Shown piece by piece: positions 1-15,000 of a DNA stretch of 64,000 nt. The DNA is from Nemertoderma westbladi. Its lineage: Eukaryota > Animalia > Xenacoelomorpha. The position numbers were made by a program, and so were the translations under genes. Position 1 is the first letter of the stretch, and every line of letters starts with the position of its first letter. Where the stretch lies: positions 43,825-107,824 of the forward strand of contig JAUCBJ010003385.1 of NCBI GenBank assembly GCA_032718475.1, written 5' to 3'. A model generated the notes under the pieces. It made no database searches, was not told where the DNA came from, and was given only the letters and a program-made list of their open reading frames with translations.

Positions 1-3000
1 AGAACAACTAACCTTCATGGCAACTGTAATTAGGTACCAACGTTCAAGAACAACTAACCTTCATGGCAACTGTAATTAGGTACCAACGTTCTAGAACAAC
101 TAACCTTCATGGCAACTGTAATTAGGTACCAACGTTCTAGAACAACTAACCTTCATGGCAACTGTAATTAGGTACCAACGTTGTAGAACAACTAACCTTC
201 ATGGCAACTGTAATTAGGTACCAACGTTCTAGAACAACTAACCTTCATGTCAAATGTAATTAGGTACCAACGTTCTATAACAACTAACCTTCATGGCAAC
301 TGTAATTAGGTACCAACGTTCAAGAACAACTAACCTTCATGGCAACTGTAATTAGGTACCAACGTTCTAGAACAACTAACCTTCATGTCAAATGTAATTA
401 GGTACCAACGTTCAAGAACAACTAACCTTCATGGCAACTGTAATTAGGTACCAACGTTCTAGAACAACTAACCTTCATGGCAACTGTAATTAGGTACCAA
501 CGTTGTAGAACAACTAACCTTCATGTCAAATGTAATTAGGTACCAACGTTCAAGAACAACTAACCTTCATGGCAACTGTAATTAGGTACCAACGTTCTAG
601 AACAACTAACCTTCATGTCAACTGTAATTAGGTACCAACGTTCTAGAACAACTAACCTTCATGGCAACTGTAATTAGGTACCAACGTTCTAGAACAACTA
701 ACCTTCATGTCAACTGTAATTAGGTACCAACGTTCTAGAACAACTAACCTTCATGGCAACTGTAATTAGGTACCAACGTTCTAGAACAACTAACCTTCAT
801 GGCAACTGTAATTAGGTGCCAACGTTCTAGAACTACTAGCCTTCATGGCAACTGTAATTAGGTACCAACGTTCTAGAACAACTAACCTTCATGGCAACTG
901 TAATTAGGTACCAACGTTCTAGAACAACTAACCTTCATGTCAAATGTAATTAGGTACCAACGTTCAAGAACAACTAACCTTCATGGCAACTGTAATTAGG
1001 TACCAACGTTCTAGAACAACTAACCTTCATGGCAACTGTAATTAGGTACCAACGTTCTAGAACAACTAACCTTCATGGCAACTGTAATTAGGTACCAACG
1101 TTCTAGAACAACTAACCTTCATGGCAACTGTAATTAGGTACCAACGTTCTAGAACAACTAACCTTCATGGCAACTGTAATTAGGTACCAACGTTCTAGAA
1201 CAACTAACCTTCATGGCAACTGTAATTAGGTACCAACGTTCTAGAACAACTAACCTTCATGGCAACTGTAATTAGGTACCAACGTTCTAGAACAACTAAC
1301 CTTCATGGCAACTGTAATTAGGTACCAACGTTCTAGAACAACTAACCTTCATGGCAACTGTAATTAGGTACCAACGTTCTAGAACAACTAACCTTCATGG
1401 CAACTGTAATTAGGTACCAACGTTCTAGAACAACTAACCTTCATGGCAACTGTAATTAGGTACCAACGTTCTAGAACAACTAACCTTCATGGCAACTGTA
1501 ATTAGGTACCAACGTTGTAGAACAACTAACCTTCATGGCAACTGTAATTAGGTACCAACGTTCTAGAACAACTAACCTTCATGTCAAATGTAATTAGGTA
1601 CCAACGTTCTAGAACAACTAACCTTCATGTCAAATGTAATTAGGTACCAACGTTCTATAACAACTAACCTTCATGGCAACTGTAATTAGGTACCAACGTT
1701 CTAGAACAACTAACCTTCATGTCAAATGTAATTAGGTACCAACGTTCTAGAACAACTAACCTTCATGTCAAATGTAATTAGGTACCAACGTTCTACAACA
1801 ACTAACCTTCATGGCAACTGTAATTAGGTACCAACGTTCTATAACAACTAACCTTCATGGCAACTGTAATTAGGTACCAACGTTCTAGAACAACTAACCT
1901 TCATGGCAACTGTAATTAGGTACCAACGTTCTAGAACAACTAACCTTCATGGCAACTGTAATTAGGTACCAACGTTGTAGAACAACTAACCTTCATGGCA
2001 ACTGTAATTAGGTACCAACGTACTAGAACAACTAACCTTCATGGCAACTGTAATTAGGTACCAACGTTGTAGAACAACTAACCTTCATGGCAACTGTAAT
2101 TAGGTACCAACGTTGTAGAACAACTAACCTTCATGGCAACTGTAATTAGGTACCAACGTTCTAGAACAACTAACCTTCATGGCAACTGTAATTAGGTACC
2201 AACGTTCAAGAACAACTAACCTTCATGGCAACTGTAATTAGGTACCAACGTTCTAGAACAACTAACCTTCATGGCAACTGTAATTAGGTACCAACGTTCT
2301 AGAACAACTAACCTTCATGGCAACTGTAATTAGGTACCAACGTTGTAGAACAACTAACCTTCATGGCAACTGTAATTAGGTACCAACGTTCTAGAACAAC
2401 TAACCTTCATGTCAAATGTAATTAGGTACCAACGTTCTATAACAACTAACCTTCATGGCAACTGTAATTAGGTACCAACGTTCAAGAACAACTAACCTTC
2501 ATGGCAACTGTAATTAGGTACCAACGTTCTAGAACAACTAACCTTCATGTCAAATGTAATTAGGTACCAACGTTCAAGAACAACTAACCTTCATGGCAAC
2601 TGTAATTAGGTACCAACGTTCTAGAACAACTAACCTTCATGGCAACTGTAATTAGGTACCAACGTTGTAGAACAACTAACCTTCATGTCAAATGTAATTA
2701 GGTACCAACGTTCAAGAACAACTAACCTTCATGGCAACTGTAATTAGGTACCAACGTTCTAGAACAACTAACCTTCATGGCAACTGTAATTAGGTACCAA
2801 CGTTCTAGAACAACTAACCTTCATGTCAAATGTAATTAGGTACCAACGTTCTAGAACAACTAACCTTCATGGCAACTGTAATTAGGTACCAACGTTCTAG
2901 AACAACTAACCTTCATGGCAACTGTAATTAGGTACCAACGTTCTAGAACAACTAACCTTCATGGCAACTGTAATTAGGTACCAACGTTCTAGAACAACTA

Positions 3001-6000
3001 ACCTTCATGGCAACTGTAATTAGGTACCAACGTTCTAGAACAACTAACCTTCATGGCAACTGTAATTAGGTACCAACGTTCTAGAACAACTAACCTTCAT
3101 GGCAACTGTAATTAGGTACCAACGTTCTAGAACAACTAACCTTCATGTCAAATGTAATTAGGTACCAACGTTCTATAACAACTAACCTTCATGGCAACTG
3201 TAATTAGGTACCAACGTTCAAGAACAACTAACCTTCATGGCAACTGTAATTAGGTACCAATGTTCTAGAACAACTAACCTTCATGTCAAATGTAATTAGG
3301 TACCAACGTTCAAGAACAACTAACCTTCATGGCAACTGTAATTAGGTACCAACGTTCTAGAAGAACTAACCTTCATGTCAAATGTAATTAGGTACCAACG
3401 TTCAAGAACAACTAACCTTCATGGCAACTGTAATTAGGTACCAACGTTCTAGAACAACTAACCTTCATGGCAACTGTAATTAGGTACCAACGTTCTAGAA
3501 CAACTAACCTTCATGGCAACTGTAATTAGGTACCAACGTTCTAGAACAACTAACCTTCATGGCAACTGTAATTAGGTACCAACGTTGTAGAACAACTAAC
3601 CTTCATGGCAACTGTAATTAGGTACCAACGTTCTAGAACAACTAACCGTCATGGCAACTGTAAATAGGTACCAACGTTCTAGAAGAACTAACCTTCATGG
3701 CAACTGTAATTAGCTACCAACGTTCTAGAACAACTAACCGTCATGGCAACAGTAATTAGGTACCATCGTTCTAGAACAACTAACCGTCATGGCAACTGTA
3801 AATAGGTACCAACGTTCTAGAACAACTAACCGACATGGCAACTGTAATTAGCTACCAACGTTCTAGAACAACTAACCGTCATGGCAACAGTAATTAGGTA
3901 CCAACGTTCTAGAACAACTAACCGTCATGGCAACTGTAAATAGGTACCAACGTTCTAGAACAACTAACCTTCATGGCAACTGTAATTAGCTACCAACGTT
4001 CTAGAACAACTAACCGTCATGGCAACAGTAATTAGGTACCAACGTTCTAGAACAACTAACCGTCATGGCAACTGTAATTAGCTACCAACGTTCTAGAACA
4101 ACTAACCGTCATGGCAACAGTAATTAGGTAACAACGTTCTAGAACAACTAACCGTCATGGCAACTGTAAATAGGTACCAACGTTCTAGAACAACTAACCG
4201 ACATGGCAACTGTAATTAGGTACCAACGTTCTAGAACAACTAACCGTCATGGCAACAGTAATTAGGTACCAACGTTCTAGAACAACTAACCGTCATGGCA
4301 ACTGTAAATAGGTACCAACGTTCTAGAACAACTAACCGACATGGCAACTGTAATTAGGTACCAACGTTCTAGAACAACTAACCGTCATGGCAACAGTAAT
4401 TAGGTACCAACGTTCTAGAACAACTAACCTTCATGGCAACTGTAATTAGGTACCAACGTTCTAGAAGAACTAACCTTCATGGCAACTGTAATTAGCTACC
4501 AACGTTCTAGAACAACTAACCGTCATGGCAACAGTAATTAGGTACCAACGTTCTAGAACAACTAACCGTCATGGCAACTGTAAATAGGTACCAACGTTCT
4601 AGAACAACTAACCGACATGGCAACTGTAATTAGGTACCAACGTTCTAGAACAACTAACCGTCATGGCAACAGTAATTAGGTACCAACGTTCTAGAACAAC
4701 TAACCTTCATGGCAACTGTAATTAGGTACTAACGTTCTAGAACAACTAACCTTCATGGCAACTGTAATTAAGGTCACGAACGTTCTAGAACAACTAACCG
4801 TCATGGCAACTGTAATTAGGTACCAACGTTCTAGAACAACTAACCTTCATGGCAACTGTAATTAGGTACCAACGTTCTAGAACAACTAACCTTCATGGCA
4901 ACTGTAATTAGGTACTAACGTTCTAGAACAACTAACCTTCATGGCAACTGTAATTAAGGTCACGAACGTTCTAGAAGAACTAACCTTCATGGCAACTGTA
5001 ATTAGGTACCAACGTTCTAGAACAACTAACCTTCATGGCAACTGTAATTAGGTACCAACGTTCTAGAACAACTAGCCTTCATGGCAACTGTAATTAGGTA
5101 CTAACGTTCTAGAACAACTAACCTTCATGGCAACTGTAATTAAGGTCACGAACGTTCTAGAAGAACTAACCTTCATGGCAACTGTAATTAGGTACCAACG
5201 TTCAAGAACAACTAACCTTCATGGCAACTGTAATTAGGTACCAACGTTCTAGAAGAACTAACCTTCATGGCAACTGTAATTAGGTACCAACGTTCTAGAA
5301 CAACTAACCTTCATGGCAACTGTAATTAGGTACCAACGTTCTAGAACAACTAACCTTCATGGCAACTGTAATTAGGTACCAACGTTCTAGAACTACTAAC
5401 CTTCATGGCAACTGTAATTAGGTACCAACGTTCTAGAACAACTAACCTTCATGGCAACTGTAATTAGGTACTAACGTTCTAGAACAACTAACCTTCATGG
5501 CAACTGTAATTAGGTACCAACGTTCTAGAACAACTAACCTTCATGGCAACTGTAATTAGGTACCAACGTTCTAGAACAACTAACCTTCATGGCAACTGTA
5601 ATTAGGTACCAACGTTCTAGAACAACTAACCTTCATGGCAACTGTAATTAGGTACCAACGTTCTAGAACAACTAACCTTCATGGCAACTGTAATTAGGTA
5701 CCAACGTTCAAGAACAACTAACCTTCATGGCAACTGTAATTAGGTACCAACGTTCTAGAACAACTAACCTTCATGGCAACTGTAATTAGGTACCAACGTT
5801 CTAGAACAACTAACCTTCATGGCAACTGTAATTAGGTACCAACGTTCAAGAACAACTAACCTTCATGGCAACTGTAATTAGGTACCAACGTTCTAGAACA
5901 ACTAACCTTCATGGCAACTGTAATTAGGTACCAACGTTCTAGAACAACTAACCTTCATGGCAACTGTAATTAGGTACCAACGTTCTAGAACAACTAACCT

Positions 6001-9000
6001 TCATGGCAACTGTAATTAGGTACCAACGTTCTAGAACAACTAACCTTCATGGCAACTGTAATTAGGTACCAACGTTCAAGAACAACTAACCTTCATGGCA
6101 ACTGTAATTAGGTACCAACGTTCTAGAACAACTAACCTTCATGGCAACTGTAATTAGGTACCAACGTTCTAGAACAACTAACCTTCATGGCAACTGTAAT
6201 TAGGTACCAACGTTCAAGAACAACTAACCTTCATGGCAACTGTAATTAGGTACCAACGTTCTAGAACAACTAACCTTCATGGCAACTGTAATTAGGTACC
6301 AACGTTCTAGAACAACTAACCTTCATGGCAACTGTAATTAGGTACCAACGTTCTAGAACAACTAACCTTCATGGCAACTGTAATTAGGTACCAACGTTCT
6401 AGAACAACTAACCTTCATGGCAACTGTAATTAGGTACCAACGTTCTAGAACAACTAACCTTCATGGCAACTGTAATTAGGTACCAACGTTCTAGAACAAC
6501 TAACCTTCATGGCAACTGTAATTAGGTACCAACGTTCTAGAAGAACTAACCTTCATGGCAACTGTAATTAGGTACCAACGTTCTAGAACAACTAACCTTC
6601 ATGGCAACTGTAATTAGGTACCAACGTTCTAGAAGAACTAACCTTCATGGCAACTGTAATTAGGTACCAACGTTCTAGAACAACTAACCTTCATGGCAAC
6701 TGTAATTAGGTACCAACGTTCTATAACAACTAACCTTCATGGCAACTGTAATTAGGTACCAACGTTCAAGAACAACTAACCTTCATGGCAACTGTAATTA
6801 GGTACCAACGTTCTAGAACAACTAACCTTCATGGCAACTGTAATTAGGTACCAACGTTCTAGAACAACTAACCTTCATGGCAACTGTAATTAGGTACCAA
6901 CGTTCTAGAACAACTAACCTTCATGGCAACTGTAATTAGGTACCAACGTTCTAGAACAACTAACCTTCATGGCAACTGTAATTAGGTACCAACGTTCTAG
7001 AACAACTAACCTTCATGGCAACTGTAATTAGGTACCAACGTTCAAGAACAACTAACCTTCATGGCAACTGTAATTAGGTACCAACGTTCTAGAACAACTA
7101 ACCTTCATGGCAACTGTAATTAGGTACCAACGTTCTAGAACAACTAACCTTCATGGCAACTGTAATTAGGTACCAACGTTCAAGAACAACTAACCTTCAT
7201 GGCAACTGTAATTAGGTACCAACGTTCTAGAACAACTAACCTTCATGGCAACTGTAATTAGGTACCAACGTTCTAGAACAACTAACCTTCATGGCAACTG
7301 TAATTAGGTACCAACGTTCTAGAACAACTAACCTTCATGGCAACTGTAATTAGGTACCAACGTTCTAGAACAACTAACCTTCATGGCAACTGTAATTAGG
7401 TACCAACGTTCTAGAACAACTAACCTTCATGGCAACTGTAATTAGGTACCAACGTTCTAGAACAACTAACCTTCATGGCAACTGTAATTAGGTACCAACG
7501 TTCTAGAAGAACTAACCTTCATGGCAACTGTAATTAGGTACCAACGTTCTAGAACAACTAACCTTCATGGCAACTGTAATTAGGTACCAACGTTCTAGAA
7601 GAACTAACCTTCATGGCAACTGTAATTAGGTACCAACGTTCTAGAACAACTAACCTTCATGGCAACTGTAATTAGGTACCAACGTTCTATAACAACTAAC
7701 CTTCATGGCAACTGTAATTAGGTACCAACGTTCAAGAACAACTAACCTTCATGGCAACTGTAATTAGGTACCAACGTTCTAGAACAACTAACCTTCATGG
7801 CAACTGTAATTAGGTACCAACGTTCTAGAAGAACTAACCTTCATGGCAACTGTAATTAGGTACCAACGTTCTAGAACAACTAACCTTCATGGCAACTGTA
7901 ATTAGGTACCAACGTTCTAGAAGAACTAACCTTCATGGCAACTGTAATTAGGTACCAACGTTCTAGAAGAACTAACCTTCATGTCAAATGTAATTAGGTA
8001 CCAACGTTCTAGAACAACTAACCTTCATGGCAACTGTAATTAGGTACCAACGTTCTAGAACAACTAACCTTCATGGCAACTGTAATTAGGTACCAACGTT
8101 CTAGAACAACTAACCTTCATGGCAACTGTAATTAGGTACCAACGTTCTATAACAACTAACCTTCATGGCAACTGTAATTAGGTACCAACGTTCTAGAACA
8201 ACTAACCTTCATGGCAACTGTAATTAGGTACCAACGTTCTAGAAGAACTAACCTTCATGGCAACTGTAATTAGGTACCAACGTTCAAGAACAACTAACCT
8301 TCATGGCAACTGTAATTAGGTACCAACGTTCTAGAAGAACTAACCTTCATGGCAACTGTAATTAGGTACCAACGTTCTAGAAGAACTAACCTTCATGTCA
8401 AATGTAATTAGGTACCAACGTTCAAGAACAACTAACCTTCATGGCAACTGTAATTAGGTACCAACGTTCTAGAACAACTAACCTTCATGGCAACTGTAAT
8501 TAGGTACCAACGTTCTAGAAGAACTAACCTTCATGGCAACTGTAATTAGGTACCAACGTTCTAGAAGAACTAACCTTCATGGCAACTGTAATTAGGTACC
8601 AACGTTCTAGAACAACTAACCTTCATGGCAACTGTAATTAGGTACCAACGTTCTAGAACAACTAACCTTCATGGCAACTGTAATTAGGTACCAACGTTCA
8701 AGAACAACTAACCTTCATGGCAACTGTAATTAGGTACCAACGTTCAAGAACAACTAACCTTCATGGCAACTGTAATTAGGTACCAACGTTCTAGAACAAC
8801 TAACCTTCATGGCAACTGTAATTAGGTACCAACGTTCTAGAACAACTAACCTTCATGGCAACTGTAATTAGGTACCAACGTTCTAGAACAACTAACCTTC
8901 ATGGCAAATGTAATTAGGTGCCAACGTTCTAGAACAACTAACCTTCATGGCAACTGTAATTAGGTACCAACGTTCAAGAACAACTAACCTTCATGGCAAC

Positions 9001-12000
9001 TGTAATTAGGTACCAACGTTCTAGAACAACTAACCTTCATGTCAAATGTAATTAGGTACCAACGTTCAAGAACAACTAACCTTCATGGCAACTGTAATTA
9101 GGTACCAACGTTCAAGAACAACTAACCTTCATGGCAACTGTAATTAGGTACCAACGTTCTAGAACAACTAACCTTCATGGCAACTGTAATTAGGTACCAA
9201 CGTTCTAGAAGAACTAACCTTCATGGCAACTGTAATTAGGTACCAACGTTCTAGAAGAACTAACCTTCATGGCAACTGTAATTAGGTACCAACGTTCAAG
9301 AACAACTAACCTTCATGGCAACTGTAATTAGGTACCAACGTTCAAGAACAACTAACCTTCATGGCAACTGTAATTAGGTACCAACGTTCTAGAACAACTA
9401 ACCTTCATGGCAACTGTAATTAGGTACCAACGTTCTAGAAGAACTAACCTTCATGGCAACTGTAATTAGGTACCAACGTTCTAGAACAACTAACCTTCAT
9501 GGCAACTGTAATTAGGTACCAACGTTCAAGAACAACTAACCTTCATGGCAACTGTAATTAGGTACCAACGTTCTAGAACAACTAACCTTCATGGCAACTG
9601 TAATTAGGTACCAACGTTCAAGAACAACTAACCTTCATGGCAACTGTAATTAGGTACCAACGTTCAAGAACAACTAACCTTCATGGCAACTGTAATTAGG
9701 TACCAACGTTCTAGAACAACTAACCTTCATGGCAACTGTAATTAGGTACCAACGTTCTAGAAGAACTAACCTTCATGGCAACTGTAATTAGGTACCAACG
9801 TTCTAGAACAACTAACCTTCATGGCAACTGTAATTAGGTACCAACGTTCTAGAACAACTAACCTTCATGGCAACTGTAATTAGGTACCAACGTTCAAGAA
9901 CAACTAACCTTCATGGCAACTGTAATTAGGTACCAACGTTCTAGAAGAACTAACCTTCATGGCAACTGTAATTAGGTACCAACGTTCAAGAACAACTAAC
10001 CTTCATGGCAACTGTAATTAGGTACCAACGTTCAAGAACAACTAACCTTCATGGCAACTGTAATTAGGTACCAACGTTCTAGAACAACTAACCTTCATGG
10101 CAACTGTAATTAGGTACCAACGTTCAAGAACAACTAACCTTCATGGCAACTGTAATTAGGTACCAACGTTCTAGAACAACTAACCTTCATGGCAACTGTA
10201 ATTAAGGTCACGAACGTTCTAGAACAACTAACCTTCATGTCAAATGTAATTAGGTACCAACGTTCTAGAACAACTAACCTTCATGGCAACTGTAATTAGG
10301 TACCAACGTTCTAGAACAACTAACCTTCATGGCAACTGTAATTAGGTACCAACGTTGTAGAACAACTAACCTTCATGGCAACTGTAATTAGGTACCAACG
10401 TTCTAGAACAACTAACCTTCATGGCAACTGTAATTAGGTACCAACGTTGTAGAACAACTAACCTTCATGGCAACTGTAATTAGGTACCAACGTTCTAGAA
10501 CAACTAACCTTCATGGCAACTGTAATTAGGTCCCAACGTTCTAGAACAACTAACCTTCATGGCAACTGTAATTAGGTACCAACGTTCAAGAACAACTAAC
10601 CTTCATGGCAACTGTAATTAGGTACCAACGTTCAAGAACAACTAACCTTCATGGCAACTGTAATTAGGTACCAACGTTCAAGAACAACTAACCTTCATGG
10701 CAACTGTAATTAGGTCCCAACGTTCTAGAACAACTAACCTTCATGGCAACTGTAATTAGGTACCAACGTTCAAGAACAACTAACCTTCATGGCAACTGTA
10801 ATTAGGTACCAACGTTCAAGAACAACTAACCTTCATGGCAACTGTAATTAGGTACCAACGTTGTAGAACAACTAACCTTCATGGCAACTGTAATTAGGTA
10901 CCAACGTTCTATAACAACTAACCTTCATGGCAACTGTAATTAGGTACCAACGTTCTAGAACAACTAACCTTCATGGCAACTGTAATTAGGTACCAACGTT
11001 CAAGAACAACTAACCTTCATGGCAACTGTAATTAGGTACCAACGTTCAAGAACAACTAACCTTCATGGCAACTGTAATTAGGTCCCAACGTTCTAGAACA
11101 ACTAACCTTCATGGCAACTGTAATTAGGTACCAACGTTCAAGAACAACTAACCTTCATGGCAACTGTAATTAGGTACCAACGTTGTAGAACAACTAACCT
11201 TCATGGCAACTGTAATTAGGTACCAACGTTCTAGAAGAACTAACCTTCATGGCAACTGTAATTAGGTACCAACGTTCTAGAACAACTAACCTTCATGGCA
11301 ACTGTAATTAGGTACCAACGTTCTAGAACAACTAACCTTCATGGCAAATGTAATTAGGTGCCAACGTTCTAGAACAACTAACCTTCATGGCAACTGTAAT
11401 TAGGTACCAACGTTCAAGAACAACTAACCTTCATGGCAACTGTAATTAGGTACCAACGTTCTAGAACAACTAACCTTCATGTCAAATGTAATTAGGTACC
11501 AACGTTCAAGAACAACTAACCTTCATGGCAACTGTAATTAGGTACCAACGTTCAAGAACAACTAACCTTCATGGCAACTGTAATTAGGTACCAACGTTCT
11601 AGAACAACTAACCTTCATGGCAACTGTAATTAGGTACCAACGTTCTAGAAGAACTAACCTTCATGGCAACTGTAATTAGGTACCAACGTTCTAGAACAAC
11701 TAACCTTCATGGCAACTGTAATTAGGTACCAACGTTCTAGAACAACTAACCTTCATGGCAACTGTAATTAGGTACCAACGTTCTAGAACAACTAACCTTC
11801 ATGGCAACTGTAATTAGGTACCAACGTTCAAGAACAACTAACCTTCATGGCAACTGTAATTAGGTACCAACGTTCAAGAACAACTAACCTTCATGGCAAC
11901 TGTAATTAGGTACCAACGTTCTAGAAGAACTAACCTTCATGGCAACTGTAATTAGGTACCAACGTTCTAGAAGAACTAACCTTCATGGCAACTGTAATTA

Positions 12001-15000
12001 GGTACCAACGTTCAAGAACAACTAACCTTCATGGCAACTGTAATTAGGTACCAACGTTCAAGAACAACTAACCTTCATGGCAACTGTAATTAGGTACCAA
12101 CGTTCTAGAACAACTAACCTTCATGGCAACTGTAATTAGGTACCAACGTTCTAGAAGAACTAACCTTCATGGCAACTGTAATTAGGTACCAACGTTCTAT
12201 AACAACTAACCTTCATGGCAACTGTAATTAGGTACCAACGTTCTAGAAGAACTAACCTTCATGGCAACTGTAATTAGGTACCAACGTTCTAGAACAACTA
12301 ACCTTCATGGCAACTGTAATTAGGTACCAACGTTCAAGAACAACTAACCTTCATGGCAACTGTAATTAGGTACCAACGTTCTAGAACAACTAACCTTCAT
12401 GGCAACTGTAATTAGGTACCAACGTTCTAGAACAACTAACCTTCATGGCAACTGTAATTAGGTACCAACGTTCTAGAACAACTAACCTTCATGGCAACTG
12501 TAATTAGGTACCAACGTTCTAGAAGAACTAACCTTCATGGCAACTGTAATTAGGTACCAACGTTCTAGAACAACTAACCTTCATGGCAACTGTAATTAGG
12601 TACCAACGTTCTAGAACAACTAACCTTCATGGCAACTGTAATTAGGTACCAACGTTCTAGAACAACTAACCTTCATGGCAACTGTAATTAGGTACCAACG
12701 TTCTAGAACAACTAACCTTCATGTCAACTGTAATTAGGTACCAACGTTCAAGAACAACTAACCTTCATGGCAACTGTAATTAGGTACCAACGTTCTATAA
12801 CAACTAACCTTCATGGCAACTGTAATTAGGTACCAACGTTCAAGAACAACTAACCTTCATGGCAACTGTAATTAGGTACCAACGTTCTAGAACAACTAAC
12901 CTTCATGGCAACTGTAATTAGGTACCAACGTTCTAGAAGAACTAACCTTCATGGCAACTGTAATTAGGTACCAACGTTCTACAACAACTACCCTTCATGG
13001 CAACTGTAATTAGGTACCAACGTTCTAGAACAACTAACCTTCATGGCAACTGTAATTAGGTACCAACGTTCTAGAACAACTAACCTTCATGGCAACTGTA
13101 ATTAGGTACCAACGTTCTAGAACAACTAACCTTCATGGCAACTGTAATTAGGTACCAACGTTCTAGAACAACTAACCTTCATGGCAACTGTAATTAGGTA
13201 CCAACGTTCTATAACAACTAACCTTCATGGCAACTGTAATTAGGTACCAACGTTCTAGAACAACTAACCTTCATGGCAACTGTAATTAGGTACCAACGTT
13301 CTAGAACAACTAACCTTCATGGCAACTGTAATTAGGTACCAACGTTCTATAACAACTAACCTTCATGGCAACTGTAATTAGGTACCAACGTTCTAGAACA
13401 ACTAACCTTCATGGCAACTGTAATTAGGTACCAACGTTCTAGAAGAACTAACCTTCATGGCAACTGTAATTAGGTACCAACGTTCAAGAACAACTAACCT
13501 TCATGGCAACTGTAATTAGGTACCAACGTTCTAGAAGAACTAACCTTCATGGCAACTGTAATTAGGTACCAACGTTCTAGAACAACTAACCTTCATGGCA
13601 ACTGTAATTAGGTACCAACGTTCTAGAACAACTAACCTTCATGGCAACTGTAATTAGGTACCAACGTTCTAGAACAACTAACCTTCATGGCAACTGTAAT
13701 TAGGTACCAACGTTCTAGAACAACTAACCTTCATGGCAACTGTAATTAGGTACCAACGTTCTAGAACAACTAACCTTCATGTCAACTGTAATTAGGTACC
13801 AACGTTCAAGAACAACTAACCTTCATGGCAACTGTAATTAGGTACCAACGTTCTAGAAGAACTAACCTTCATGGCAACTGTAATTAGGTACCAACGTTCT
13901 AGAACAACTAACCTTCATGGCAACTGTAATTAGGTACCAACGTTCTAGAACAACTAACCTTCATGGCAACTGTAATTAGGTACCAACGTTCTAGAACAAC
14001 TAACCTTCATGGCAACTGTAATTAGGTACCAACGTTCTATAACAACTAACCTTCATGGCAACTGTAATTAGGTACCAACGTTCTAGAACAACTAACCTTC
14101 ATGGCAACTGTAATTAGGTACCAACGTTCAAGAACAACTAACCTTCATGGCAACTGTAATTAGGTACCAACGTTCTAGAACAACTAACCTTCATGGCAAC
14201 TGTAATTAGGTACCAACGTTCTAGAAGAACTAACCTTCATGGCAACTGTAATTAGGTACCAACGTTCTAGAACAACTAACCTTCATGGCAACTGTAATTA
14301 GGTACCAACGTTCTAGAACAACTAACCTTCATGGCAACTGTAATTAGGTACCAACGTTCTAGAACAACTAACCTTCATGGCAACTGTAATTAGGTACCAA
14401 CGTTCTAGAACAACTAACCTTCATGGCAACTGTAATTAGGTACCAACGTTCTAGAAGAACTAACCTTCATGGCAACTGTAATTAGGTACCAACGTTCAAG
14501 AACAACTAACCTTCATGGCAACTGTAATTAGGTACCAACGTTCTAGAACAACTAACCTTCATGGCAACTGTAATTAGGTACCAACGTTCTAGAACAACTA
14601 ACCTTCATGGCAACTGTAATTAGGTACCAACGTTCTAGAACAACTAACCTTCATGGCAACTGTAATTAGGTACCAACGTTCTAGAACAACTAACCTTCAT
14701 GGCAACTGTAATTAGGTACCAACGTTCTAGAACAACTAACCTTCATGGCAACTGTAATTAGGTACCAACGTTCTAGAACAACTAACCTTCATGGCAAATG
14801 TAATTAGGTACCAACGTTCAAGAACAACTAACCTTCATGGCAACTGTAATTAGGTACCAACGTTCTAGAAGAACTAACCTTCATGGCAACTGTAATTAGG
14901 TACCAACGTTCTAGAACAACTAACCTTCATGGCAACTGTAATTAGGTACCAACGTTCTAGAACAACTAACCTTCATGGCAACTGTAATTAGGTACCAACG